From assembly GCA_017936645.1 (NCBI GenBank), contig JAGBFD010000070.1:4714-68713 (forward strand): 64,000 nucleotides of DNA, written 5' to 3'. Each line of letters begins with the position of its first letter. Within the stretch, counting starts at the first letter, position 1. A program made the translations under genes and the position numbers. Below, one piece after another: positions 53,225 through 60,380 of this stretch. The notes under the pieces are model-generated. The model did no database searches. It was not told the DNA's origin and saw nothing but the letters and a program-made list of their open reading frames with translations. The DNA comes from Clostridia bacterium (GTDB lineage Bacteria; Bacillota; Clostridia; Oscillospirales; Acutalibacteraceae).

Positions 53225-54646
53225 TTATTTTACATAATCTATAATATATTCATCTATTTTCATGCTGTTACTCTCATCGTCATAAGCGACGTAATAAAAC
53301 CGATATTTCCCGCTTTCTTCCGGCAGTTCATTAATCTGTTTTGTATCGACATTATACACAATGAAATATCTGCCTTTATAAAATTCAGAAAAAGGAGAAG
53401 TTATTCCTATGAGATCGTTCGGTACACTCTTTAACCAAATGGAGTTCTGTTCGATTTCTTTTTCAAAATCTTCAACATCGGTTTCGACAAAGTAAACATC
53501 GCTGGTATAATAAATAAAACCTCTGCTGTTCGTTTGCTCACTGTCGGACAAATTCTGAGTATCGATCTGCTTTGTTTCCGGAAAATCAATATCAAGAGCT
53601 TCTTCAACCTTAACTATTGCTGTATCGCTATGGTCATACATTTCAGCAGTCTGAAATGTACCTATACCGTAAATGCACAAAAGAACGGTAAAAATAATAC
53701 CTGCGACAATATTCTTTTTACACCTATATCCTCGTTTTTTAAAGATTATGCCCGCTATCAGCGAAGCTACCGGAATCGGAAGAACAACAAAAAACGCCCA
53801 GGGACTTTGAAAAAAGATATGACTTTCTGACATAATCGTTCCGATAATCATAGAGAAAAATAACGACAGAAGCGATGCAACAAACAATACCATAAGTATG
53901 GTTTTATACAGCGTATATCTTTTTTCGGTCGTAACCGCATTTTCCTTTGAGTAATTCTTCATCAGGAAGAACATACTGTTTGCTTTCAATGATTCTTTCC
54001 GCAGGACGAAGGCACCTCCATCAACTGAAAGCAAAAGATAATTACCCATATAACGAATTTTATCAATCTTTTCAAAATTATATTGATATTTTGCTCTGAA
54101 TTCTCCATTTTTTAAAACCACTACCGTGAAATAATTCTCATAAACATTGAATTCATACGCAGAACCGAGCAATCTGTTTTTAACCGTCTTGAAACTCCTG
54201 TAGTTAAAAACAGCAGCTCTAATCAGCGAAAACGTTATCGCAATAAAAACGCCAAATATTATTGCCACTCCCGGAAATGTTTCCTGAGCATAATCCATAG
54301 AACCGAAAAAGAAAAAAGTGACTACTAATGTAATTATAAACCGTGTGATCAACGGTTTGTTAATAAGCCTTGAAAGTTTATTAATCTCACTTTTTGAGTA
54401 GCTCATAAAATATGATTCTAAAGGAATATCCGTATCTTCTTTTATATCACCGGCACAACCTAAAAGTTCATCGACAGAAACCTCAAAGATTTCTTTTAAC
54501 CTGATAAGATTATCAATCGTAGGAACTGTCTGATCCTTTTCCCACAAGCTGACAGTCTGTCTGCTGACCAAAAGTTTTTGGCCTAATTCCTCCTGAGACA
54601 AGCCGAGTTTTTTTCTGTAAAAATTTATTCTTTCACCTGTTGTCAC
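53225..54646 (-). CDS. membrane-tethered XRE-family HTH protein (HTH + YcxB/bPH-like + multi-TM + C-terminal extracytoplasmic domain)
   Basis: GTG start with AAAGGGGG RBS. N-terminal RKKLGLSQEELGQKLLVSRQTVSLWEKDQTVPTIDNLIRL, at least 5 hydrophobic segments, and a roughly 130-aa C-terminal soluble domain. Confidence 0.7.
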   Translation of the reverse strand: MTTGERINFYRKKLGLSQEELGQKLLVSRQTVSLWEKDQTVPTIDNLIRLKEIFEVSVDELLGCAGDIKEDTDIPLESYFMSYSKSEINKLSRLINKPLITRFIITLVVTFFFFGSMDYAQETFPGVAIIFGVFIAITFSLIRAAVFNYRSFKTVKNRLLGSAYEFNVYENYFTVVVLKNGEFRAKYQYNFEKIDKIRYMGNYLLLSVDGGAFVLRKESLKANSMFFLMKNYSKENAVTTEKRYTLYKTILMVLFVASLLSLFFSMIIGTIMSESHIFFQSPWAFFVVLPIPVASLIAGIIFKKRGYRCKKNIVAGIIFTVLLCIYGIGTFQTAEMYDHSDTAIVKVEEALDIDFPETKQIDTQNLSDSEQTNSRGFIYYTSDVYFVETDVEDFEKEIEQNSIWLKSVPNDLIGITSPFSEFYKGRYFIVYNVDTKQINELPEESGKYRFYYVAYDDESNSMKIDEYIIDYVK

Positions 54647-54669
54647 GAGTGTATCCCCCTTTACACTAC

Positions 54670-54698
54670 ATTATAATATCTTACGTCAAAAAAGCCAA
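54670..54698 (-). promoter_or_regulatory. promoter of the membrane-tethered XRE gene
   Basis: On the minus strand: TTGGCT (54698-54693), 17 nt, TATAAT (54675-54670). Confidence 0.45.
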
Positions 54699-54708
54699 GC
54701 ACTATTTA

Positions 54709-54723
54709 CTTGACTTTGTCAAG
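54709..54723. promoter_or_regulatory. perfect palindrome CTTGAC-NNN-GTCAAG just upstream of the -35, candidate operator
   Basis: CTTGACTTTGTCAAG at 54709-54723, 10 nt from the -35 hexamer of the XRE gene promoter. Confidence 0.3.
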
Positions 54724-54760
54724 CAGCTCTTGCATCACTCATTTTACTGCTATCAAAGAA

Positions 54761-54791
54761 AAAGAGTTCGGCCTCAAAGGCTGAACTCTTT
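54761..54791 (-). terminator. terminator after the zinc-ribbon/propeller gene
   Basis: The minus-strand RNA reads AAAGAGTTCAGCC-TTTGA-GGCCGAACTCTTT and is followed by TTCTTTG. Confidence 0.75.
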
Positions 54792-54805
54792 CTGATTATA
54801 TTAAG

Positions 54806-56308
54806 TTAAAACGCTCTGCCGTCAAATTCAACCTTGCCGTCGGGAGTGATTACTACGCTGTAGGTGTCCATCATATTTTCCCAGTTTGCATTGTACTGCA
54901 GTACATAATTTCCGTTGATGATCTGTATAATCGGTTTATCAGCACCGGTAGATGAATCTGAAATCTCAGCCGTAAGATTAGCTGTCCACAAAACTTCGCC
55001 CATAAGGTCAGTCTTCATTACCGCATCGGACTTTCCGGGTGAAACAAGGAGAATTCCGTCTTTCAGTTTACGGATATCATATTTCGCTCCGACATACTTC
55101 GGTTCCATCTCATTTTCACCTGTTTTCGCATTGAGGATATACATACTGCCGTTAGCAACGAGATAGATATGATTTGCAGTATAGTCAAGTACGGCAGTCG
55201 TGGTCCGGTCAAACTCTCTGCTCCATATCTTTTTCAGATTCCTGTCGTAGCATTCAAGTGTGTAAACCTCAAGGCTATGGTCAAATATCTGAAGATAAAA
55301 GTGTTCAAAATCTGCGGAGAAAGTAATCTTTCTCTCAACAGGCCATTCACTCTTGCAGTCAACGATTGAGCCGCCCAAACCTGCAAAAAATCTGTATTTT
55401 GTAAAGTTTGCATTGCTCTGATTGTCAAGCTCGGCTGTATAGTGCGATCCTTCAAAGAATTCATAATCGAAATCGCTGTCGGCTGAATCATCGTTCTTGG
55501 TGTATCTGATTTTTACGTCATCACCAAAAATATATCTCGCTAAAGTACGTATCTCTTCCATTGAGAACATAGGTTCTGACCAATCAAGATATGAAAAATA
55601 TATGTATCTGTTGACAAGGACTGTCGGCACGGTATAACTGGTTCCGTCGACTTCGTATTTGTTCACATTATCGTACTTACCGTAGACATATAATGAGTCG
55701 CCTTCCATTATACGTGTCTGAGTCTGTGCACCCTTGATGACGGCATATTCCTTAGTGGGCTGATAGTATCCGTCCTCCGTCTCAAATGCACCATATTCGA
55801 CAAGAAGAGTGTATTCCTTATCATTACTCTCGATAACTTTTGTCACATAGCAAAGGAAGCTTATCTGCGCTCCTTTATACACCTGCGGATAACGCTGTAA
55901 TGAGCTGTACGGAGCCTCAAAGTAGTCAGTATCAAAATACTCAACGAGAAGCTTCTGTGTATCAGTGAGCTTCGCTCCTTCACCTCTGAGCTTAACATTC
56001 ATAAGACCAAGATCATCGTCTGACTTTGCATCCTTCTCTTTGAATCCATCGCCTTCAGTCTGCGAAGACGAAACAGCATTGTTTTTGTTTTCCGCAAGCT
56101 TTTTCACCACTTTGGGAACAACAAGAACCGAAGTCACAACGATCGCCACAACGCATACAACCGCAATTACTGCGATAATTATCATTTTAGAACTTTTCTT
56201 TTGCTTTGGTGTTACCGCAATCTGATTTTCATCAATGAACTTACCCATACAATAAGGGCAGAATTTGCTCTCATCAGGAAGCTCTTTTCCGCAGAATTTG
56301 CATTGCAA
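54806..56308 (-). CDS. zinc-ribbon / single-TM / extracytoplasmic beta-propeller-like protein
   Basis: TTG start with GAGGAG RBS. (M)QCKFCGKELPDESKFCPYCMGKF zinc ribbon, TM segment MIIIAVIAVVCVVAIVVTSVLVV, and a C-terminal repetitive beta-strand-rich region. Confidence 0.65.
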   Translation of the reverse strand: MQCKFCGKELPDESKFCPYCMGKFIDENQIAVTPKQKKSSKMIIIAVIAVVCVVAIVVTSVLVVPKVVKKLAENKNNAVSSSQTEGDGFKEKDAKSDDDLGLMNVKLRGEGAKLTDTQKLLVEYFDTDYFEAPYSSLQRYPQVYKGAQISFLCYVTKVIESNDKEYTLLVEYGAFETEDGYYQPTKEYAVIKGAQTQTRIMEGDSLYVYGKYDNVNKYEVDGTSYTVPTVLVNRYIYFSYLDWSEPMFSMEEIRTLARYIFGDDVKIRYTKNDDSADSDFDYEFFEGSHYTAELDNQSNANFTKYRFFAGLGGSIVDCKSEWPVERKITFSADFEHFYLQIFDHSLEVYTLECYDRNLKKIWSREFDRTTTAVLDYTANHIYLVANGSMYILNAKTGENEMEPKYVGAKYDIRKLKDGILLVSPGKSDAVMKTDLMGEVLWTANLTAEISDSSTGADKPIIQIINGNYVLQYNANWENMMDTYSVVITPDGKVEFDGRAF

Positions 56309-56330
56309 AACCTATCACTCCTCTAAAATA

Positions 56331-56361
56331 CTAACCGATATCCTCAGAAGATATCGGTTAA
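56331..56361 (-). terminator. terminator after the zinc-ribbon/tandem-repeat gene
   Basis: Stem TTAACCGATATC/GATATCGGTTAG followed by TATTTTA on the minus strand. Confidence 0.65.
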
Positions 56362-56393
56362 AGTATAATATTATCTCGTTTTATTTACAAGTC

Positions 56394-57212
56394 TTATTCA
56401 GAAAAAATTGTGTCAAGAATATATTCAATATCCTCATCACTAAAGCTTTCACCTGCTATATCTACATATGTAATCTCAAATTCACTTGTATCTACATCTA
56501 CAGTAAACTGCATACATAAGTTTTCATATTCACCGTAATATTCACAGGTTCCGTTGAACTCAACGATTCTGTCGCCATCTTCTGAAATAAACGATTCCCA
56601 CTCAGGGTTCGCAAAGAAATCATCAAATGCTTCTTCAACAGTTTCATCCGGGAAATAATACATCGAGCCTTCCTTAACTATATCGACATACTTATCTGTA
56701 CCGTCTGCTTTTTGGGTATCAGCAAAAATCGTATCAAGAATATACTCAAGGTCATCATAGCCGAAGCTTTCACCTGCAATATCAACATACGTAATCTCAA
56801 ACTCGCCGGTTTCTTCGTCTACGGTAAACTGCATACATAAGTTTTCATCCTCACCGTAATACTCACACGTACCGTTGAACTCAACGATTCTGTCGCCATC
56901 TTCTGAAACAAACGATTCCCACTCAGGGTCTGCAAAGAAATTATCGAACGCTTCTTCAACAGTTTCATCCGGGAAATAATAAAGCGAGCCTTCCTGAACC
57001 ATATCGACATACTCATCTGACCCACCAGCTTTTCCGATCGCAGAGAATATACCGCCCAAAATAAGTACAGCTGCTATAAGAAGACATACACAGCCGACGA
57101 CTATACCGATAATTTTCTTTTTATTGTCCTTTTTCTGAGAGACCGATGCAGCACAAGCATCGCAAACCGTCATATTAGCCTGAAGTTCTTTTCCACAATT
57201 TTTACATTTCAT
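56394..57212 (-). CDS. zinc-ribbon / single-TM protein with two tandem copies of a roughly 100-aa acidic domain
   Basis: GGAGGAAAACAGA lies before the ATG. MKCKNCGKELQANMTVCDACAA zinc ribbon, TM segment IIGIVVGCVCLLIAAVLILGGIF, then aa 66-165 and 173-272 are near-identical. Confidence 0.7.
   Translation of the reverse strand: MKCKNCGKELQANMTVCDACAASVSQKKDNKKKIIGIVVGCVCLLIAAVLILGGIFSAIGKAGGSDEYVDMVQEGSLYYFPDETVEEAFDNFFADPEWESFVSEDGDRIVEFNGTCEYYGEDENLCMQFTVDEETGEFEITYVDIAGESFGYDDLEYILDTIFADTQKADGTDKYVDIVKEGSMYYFPDETVEEAFDDFFANPEWESFISEDGDRIVEFNGTCEYYGEYENLCMQFTVDVDTSEFEITYVDIAGESFSDEDIEYILDTIFSE
56397..57017 (-). repeat. in-frame tandem duplication, period 321 nt (2 copies, the second lacking the linker)
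   Basis: GTAAACTGCATACATAAGTTTTCAT occurs at 56503 and again at 56824, an offset of 321. The copies at 56697-57017 and 56397-56696 look about 85-90 percent identical by eye. Confidence 0.9.
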
Positions 57213-57283
57213 TCTGTTTTCCTCCGTTACTGATTATAAAAATTATTTTAATTTGCATTAAAAGAATTGTCATTACAGTTAAA

Positions 57284-57550
57284 TCAATTTTCAATAGCTT
57301 TGAAACCGTATTCGTTTTTGACCACAAAGTTCCTTATCATAAATCCGAACACACAAGCGACTGCTGCTATGACACCGCCTACAAAAGCGTTGTATGAAAG
57401 ATTGAATATAACCGTAAATAAGTCAACCAAAACCTGAATTACTGCTATTATCTCCCAAACCATAGCCTCAGTTTTATTATTTCTGACAATTTCAAAACCA
57501 AGTGATTCAAGACAACTCTTCCTTTCTGCATTTTGTGCGTTCAAAAACAT
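57284..57550 (-). CDS. possible small two-TM protein (88 aa from ATG 57550, or 59 aa from ATG 57463)
   Basis: Hydrophobic core MVWEIIAVIQVLVDLFTVIF...GGVIAAVACVFGFMI. Neither candidate start has a well-spaced SD, and the upstream ATG is part of a terminator U-tract. Confidence 0.35.
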   Translation of the reverse strand: MFLNAQNAERKSCLESLGFEIVRNNKTEAMVWEIIAVIQVLVDLFTVIFNLSYNAFVGGVIAAVACVFGFMIRNFVVKNEYGFKAIEN

Positions 57551-57614
57551 GACCGCTGACAGTATTTTACAACGTCAGCGGTCTGTTTGTCCTATGCAGA
57601 CTGCATAGGACAAA
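57551..57614 (-). terminator. two consecutive stable hairpins downstream of the kinase gene
   Basis: Hairpin B is TTTGTCCTATGCAG/CTGCATAGGACAAA (57586-57614). Hairpin A is GACCGCTGAC/GTCAGCGGTC (57551-57583), followed on the minus strand by ATGTTTTT. Confidence 0.6.
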
Positions 57615-57628
57615 ATAAAATTTTAGTG

Positions 57629-58327
57629 TTATAATTCTCTAAGAAGCTCCGTTACGGTAGGATATCTCTTATTGGGATCGAGGTTTATGCATTTTTCTAT
57701 CACCTTGCTGAATCTACCTTTGTAAAGATGCTTTGAAGGGTGCTCACCCGTAAGCATTATATTGAGCAAAATACCCATAGAAAAAACATCTGAACGAGGA
57801 TCCGTCTGGTTGATTCCGAACTGTTCAGGTGCAGCAAAACCTACAGTCCCTACAAACGAAGTATCAAGGGAACAGTAATGCTTATAAATCCTCGATGCGT
57901 CAAAATCAATCAGTTTCACGTTCCCGTAACTGTCTATCATAATATTTTCAGGTTTTATATCGCGGTGAATTATGTTTACGGAATGTAACGCTTCGAGTGC
58001 TGAGCACACTCCCCTTGCAACAGCCTTTGCACCTTTCAATGTGTAAAGACCACCGGAAAGAACATCTGCAACAGTAACGCCGTTAACGTACTCTTCTATA
58101 ACACGGCATTTGTCCCCTGTTCTTTCTACGCTGTACACTTTGGGCAGATTAGGATGTGAGATTCTGCTGAGCATTTCATAGACACATCCGTCAGACTCAA
58201 ACGTCTTAACTACAAGAGAAGTACCGAGTGTCTTATGACGAAGGACAATAACAGACTTTTCTTCAGTATTTTTCAAAGCCTTGACAAAGGCAAACTGCTC
58301 TGCAATAATATTTTCAAAATCGTTCAA
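57629..58327 (-). CDS. stand-alone Hanks-type Ser/Thr protein kinase domain, atypical
   Basis: TTG start. LVVK41, E51, HRDIKPEN (aa 121-128), DFD (141-143, instead of DFG) and AAPE (165-168). There is no glycine in the expected G-loop and no TM, PASTA or other sensor domain. Confidence 0.75.
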   Translation of the reverse strand: MNDFENIIAEQFAFVKALKNTEEKSVIVLRHKTLGTSLVVKTFESDGCVYEMLSRISHPNLPKVYSVERTGDKCRVIEEYVNGVTVADVLSGGLYTLKGAKAVARGVCSALEALHSVNIIHRDIKPENIMIDSYGNVKLIDFDASRIYKHYCSLDTSFVGTVGFAAPEQFGINQTDPRSDVFSMGILLNIMLTGEHPSKHLYKGRFSKVIEKCINLDPNKRYPTVTELLREL

Positions 58328-58357
58328 AAAATCACTTCCAAGAGGTTTAAATCAGGT

Positions 58358-58780
58358 ATGAAAAGCACAGATCAACTTATGAATGAATTAATGAAGGCAC
58401 ATAATATCAGCAACTACCTTAAAGAAAACAGTGTCTATATGATAAGCGATGAGTTGCCCACCTACTTAACAAATATACTCAAAAAGAAAAAGTTAGTCAA
58501 GTCTGCCGTGATTAAAAACTCTGAGCTTAGTGAAGTGATGGGATACCAGATATTTTCCGGCACAAGAAAACCTTCCAGAGATTCTCTGCTGAGCATATGT
58601 ATAGCTATGCAGCTTGATGTTGAGGAAACACAGGAAATTTTAAAAATCGCACAGTTTGCTTCTCTTTATCCCAAATCAAAGCGTGACTGTATTATCATTA
58701 ACGGCATAGCAACCGGCAAATCTGTCGCTCAGATCAATGAAACTCTCTACGAACTGAATGAAAATACAATAAACCAATGA
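58358..58780 (+). CDS. small HTH-domain protein (XRE-like), divergent from the kinase gene
   Basis: ATG 58358, whereas the track start 58235 would overlap the kinase gene by 93 nt. ...KNSELSEVMGYQIFSGTRKPSRDSLLSICIAMQLDVEETQEILK... is an HTH-like pattern. 140 aa. Confidence 0.55.
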   Translation: MKSTDQLMNELMKAHNISNYLKENSVYMISDELPTYLTNILKKKKLVKSAVIKNSELSEVMGYQIFSGTRKPSRDSLLSICIAMQLDVEETQEILKIAQFASLYPKSKRDCIIINGIATGKSVAQINETLYELNENTINQ

Positions 58781-58785
58781 AACTC

Positions 58786-58816
58786 TTCCCTGAATTATTT
58801 TCAGGGAAATTTTTTA
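58786..58816 (+). terminator. terminator of the HTH gene
   Basis: TTCCCTGAA-TTATT-TTCAGGGAA followed by ATTTTTTATT. Confidence 0.8.
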
Positions 58817-58883
58817 TTCTTCTTGTTTTAATCACATCATAGTGGTAAAATAGCAGTACCAAAAATACAAAAGGAAGATTTAT

Positions 58884-60191
58884 ATGCACAAAAAATTAGC
58901 TCTTACTCCTCCTATGGGATGGAACAGCTGGGACTGTTACGGTGCCGCTGTCAATGAAGAACAGCTTCTCGCCAATGCTGACTATATGGCTGAGCATCTC
59001 AAGGATTACGGTTGGGAATACATAGTTTGCGATATTCAATGGTCCGAACCGACAGCAAACAGCTTTTATTACCATTACTTTGCACCCCTTTGTATGGACG
59101 AATATTCACGTCTTATTCCGTCCGTTGAGCGTTTTCCTTCCTCTGAAGGTGGTAAAGGTTTTAAGCCTATCGCTGACTACATACATTCACTCGGACTTAA
59201 ATTCGGAATTCATATTATGAGAGGTATTCCCCGTCAGGCTGCCCATCAGAATACAAAAATCAAGTGTGAAGGCGTTACCGCACGTGATATAGCAAATCCC
59301 GCTTCAATCTGTTCCTGGAACCCTGATATGTACGGACTTTTTGCCGACCGTAAAGGTGCACAGGAGTACTACGATTCTATCTTTGAACTTTACGCTTCAT
59401 GGGGTGTGGATTATATCAAGTGTGACGACATCGCCAATACCGAAATTTACCCGCACAATCCTTATTCGGCAAAAAAAGAAATCGAAATGTTGCGCAAAGC
59501 CATAGATAAATGCGGCAGAGATATGGTTCTGAGTCTTTCTCCCGGACCCGCTCCCGTCTGTGAGCATGAACACCTCGCCGCAAACGCAAATATGTGGCGT
59601 ATGACAGGTGACTTCTGGGATGAATGGAGCAAACTCCACGCTATGTTTGAACGTTGTTTTGCCTGGCAGGAATATGTTCAGCCGGGTGCATGGCCTGACT
59701 GCGATATGCTCCCCCTCGGCAGAATTCAGAAAACAGAGGAACTGCCTGAATACAGAAACCGCTATACGCGTTTCACCCATGATGAACAGATTACAATGAT
59801 GACACTCTGGGGCATTTTCCGTTCTCCGCTTATGATGGGCGGTGAAATGCGTGAAAATGACGAATTCACACTTTCTTTGCTCCAAAACTCAGAGCTTATA
59901 GATATGCTCAGAAATTCAAGCGGTGCAAGGCAGTTCAGCCGTGAGGAAACTGACGGTAAAGGCGAAATCATCTGGACATCAAACGGTAAAAACTGCAAGT
60001 ACGTCGCTCTGTTTAACACAGATGAAAAAGAACGGGAAATTTATTTTGACATCTCTGATATCTCAATCAGCGGAGTCAATTACAGCGTACGTGATATGTG
60101 GAAGCACGAAGAGTATACCGTAACTGACAGCAATTTCTCTGCAAAGGTAAATCCGCACGGTGCAAGGCTTTTCAGAATCAATTTAAAATAA
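58884..60191 (+). CDS. GH27 alpha-galactosidase
   Basis: LALTPPMGWNSWDCYG and DYIKCDD (nucleophile region) are GH27 signatures. 435 aa with no signal peptide. Confidence 0.85.
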   Translation: MHKKLALTPPMGWNSWDCYGAAVNEEQLLANADYMAEHLKDYGWEYIVCDIQWSEPTANSFYYHYFAPLCMDEYSRLIPSVERFPSSEGGKGFKPIADYIHSLGLKFGIHIMRGIPRQAAHQNTKIKCEGVTARDIANPASICSWNPDMYGLFADRKGAQEYYDSIFELYASWGVDYIKCDDIANTEIYPHNPYSAKKEIEMLRKAIDKCGRDMVLSLSPGPAPVCEHEHLAANANMWRMTGDFWDEWSKLHAMFERCFAWQEYVQPGAWPDCDMLPLGRIQKTEELPEYRNRYTRFTHDEQITMMTLWGIFRSPLMMGGEMRENDEFTLSLLQNSELIDMLRNSSGARQFSREETDGKGEIIWTSNGKNCKYVALFNTDEKEREIYFDISDISISGVNYSVRDMWKHEEYTVTDSNFSAKVNPHGARLFRINLK

Positions 60192-60202
60192 AGTGATATA
60201 CG

Positions 60203-60234
60203 CCCCAACCCGCAGTTTTTCACAGCGGTTGGGG
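60203..60234 (+). terminator. terminator of the alpha-galactosidase gene
   Basis: CCCCAACCCGC...GCGGTTGGGG stem followed by a T-rich tract. Confidence 0.7.
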
Positions 60235-60319
60235 TATCATTTTATGATATACTTTATTTATTTTGTGAAATATTACAAAAAAGCTTTTTTCTTTTCTACA
60301 TCAATAATTTTCAATTTAA

Positions 60320-60348
60320 TTGAAAAGGGTCCTTTTTCATGTTAGAAT
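60320..60348 (+). promoter_or_regulatory. promoter of the second GPH symporter gene
   Basis: TTGAAA (60320-60325), 17 nt, TAGAAT (60343-60348) with an upstream TG. Confidence 0.5.
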
Positions 60349-60380
60349 ACCTTTGTGTAGAAATTTTCAGGAGGTTCACT

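Noticed and set aside
60322-60338. Near-palindrome GAAAAGG-GT-CCTTTTT inside the spacer of the second GPH symporter promoter
   Set aside because: The match is 6 of 7 and short, with no regulator gene in the locus. It could be chance in an AT-rich promoter.
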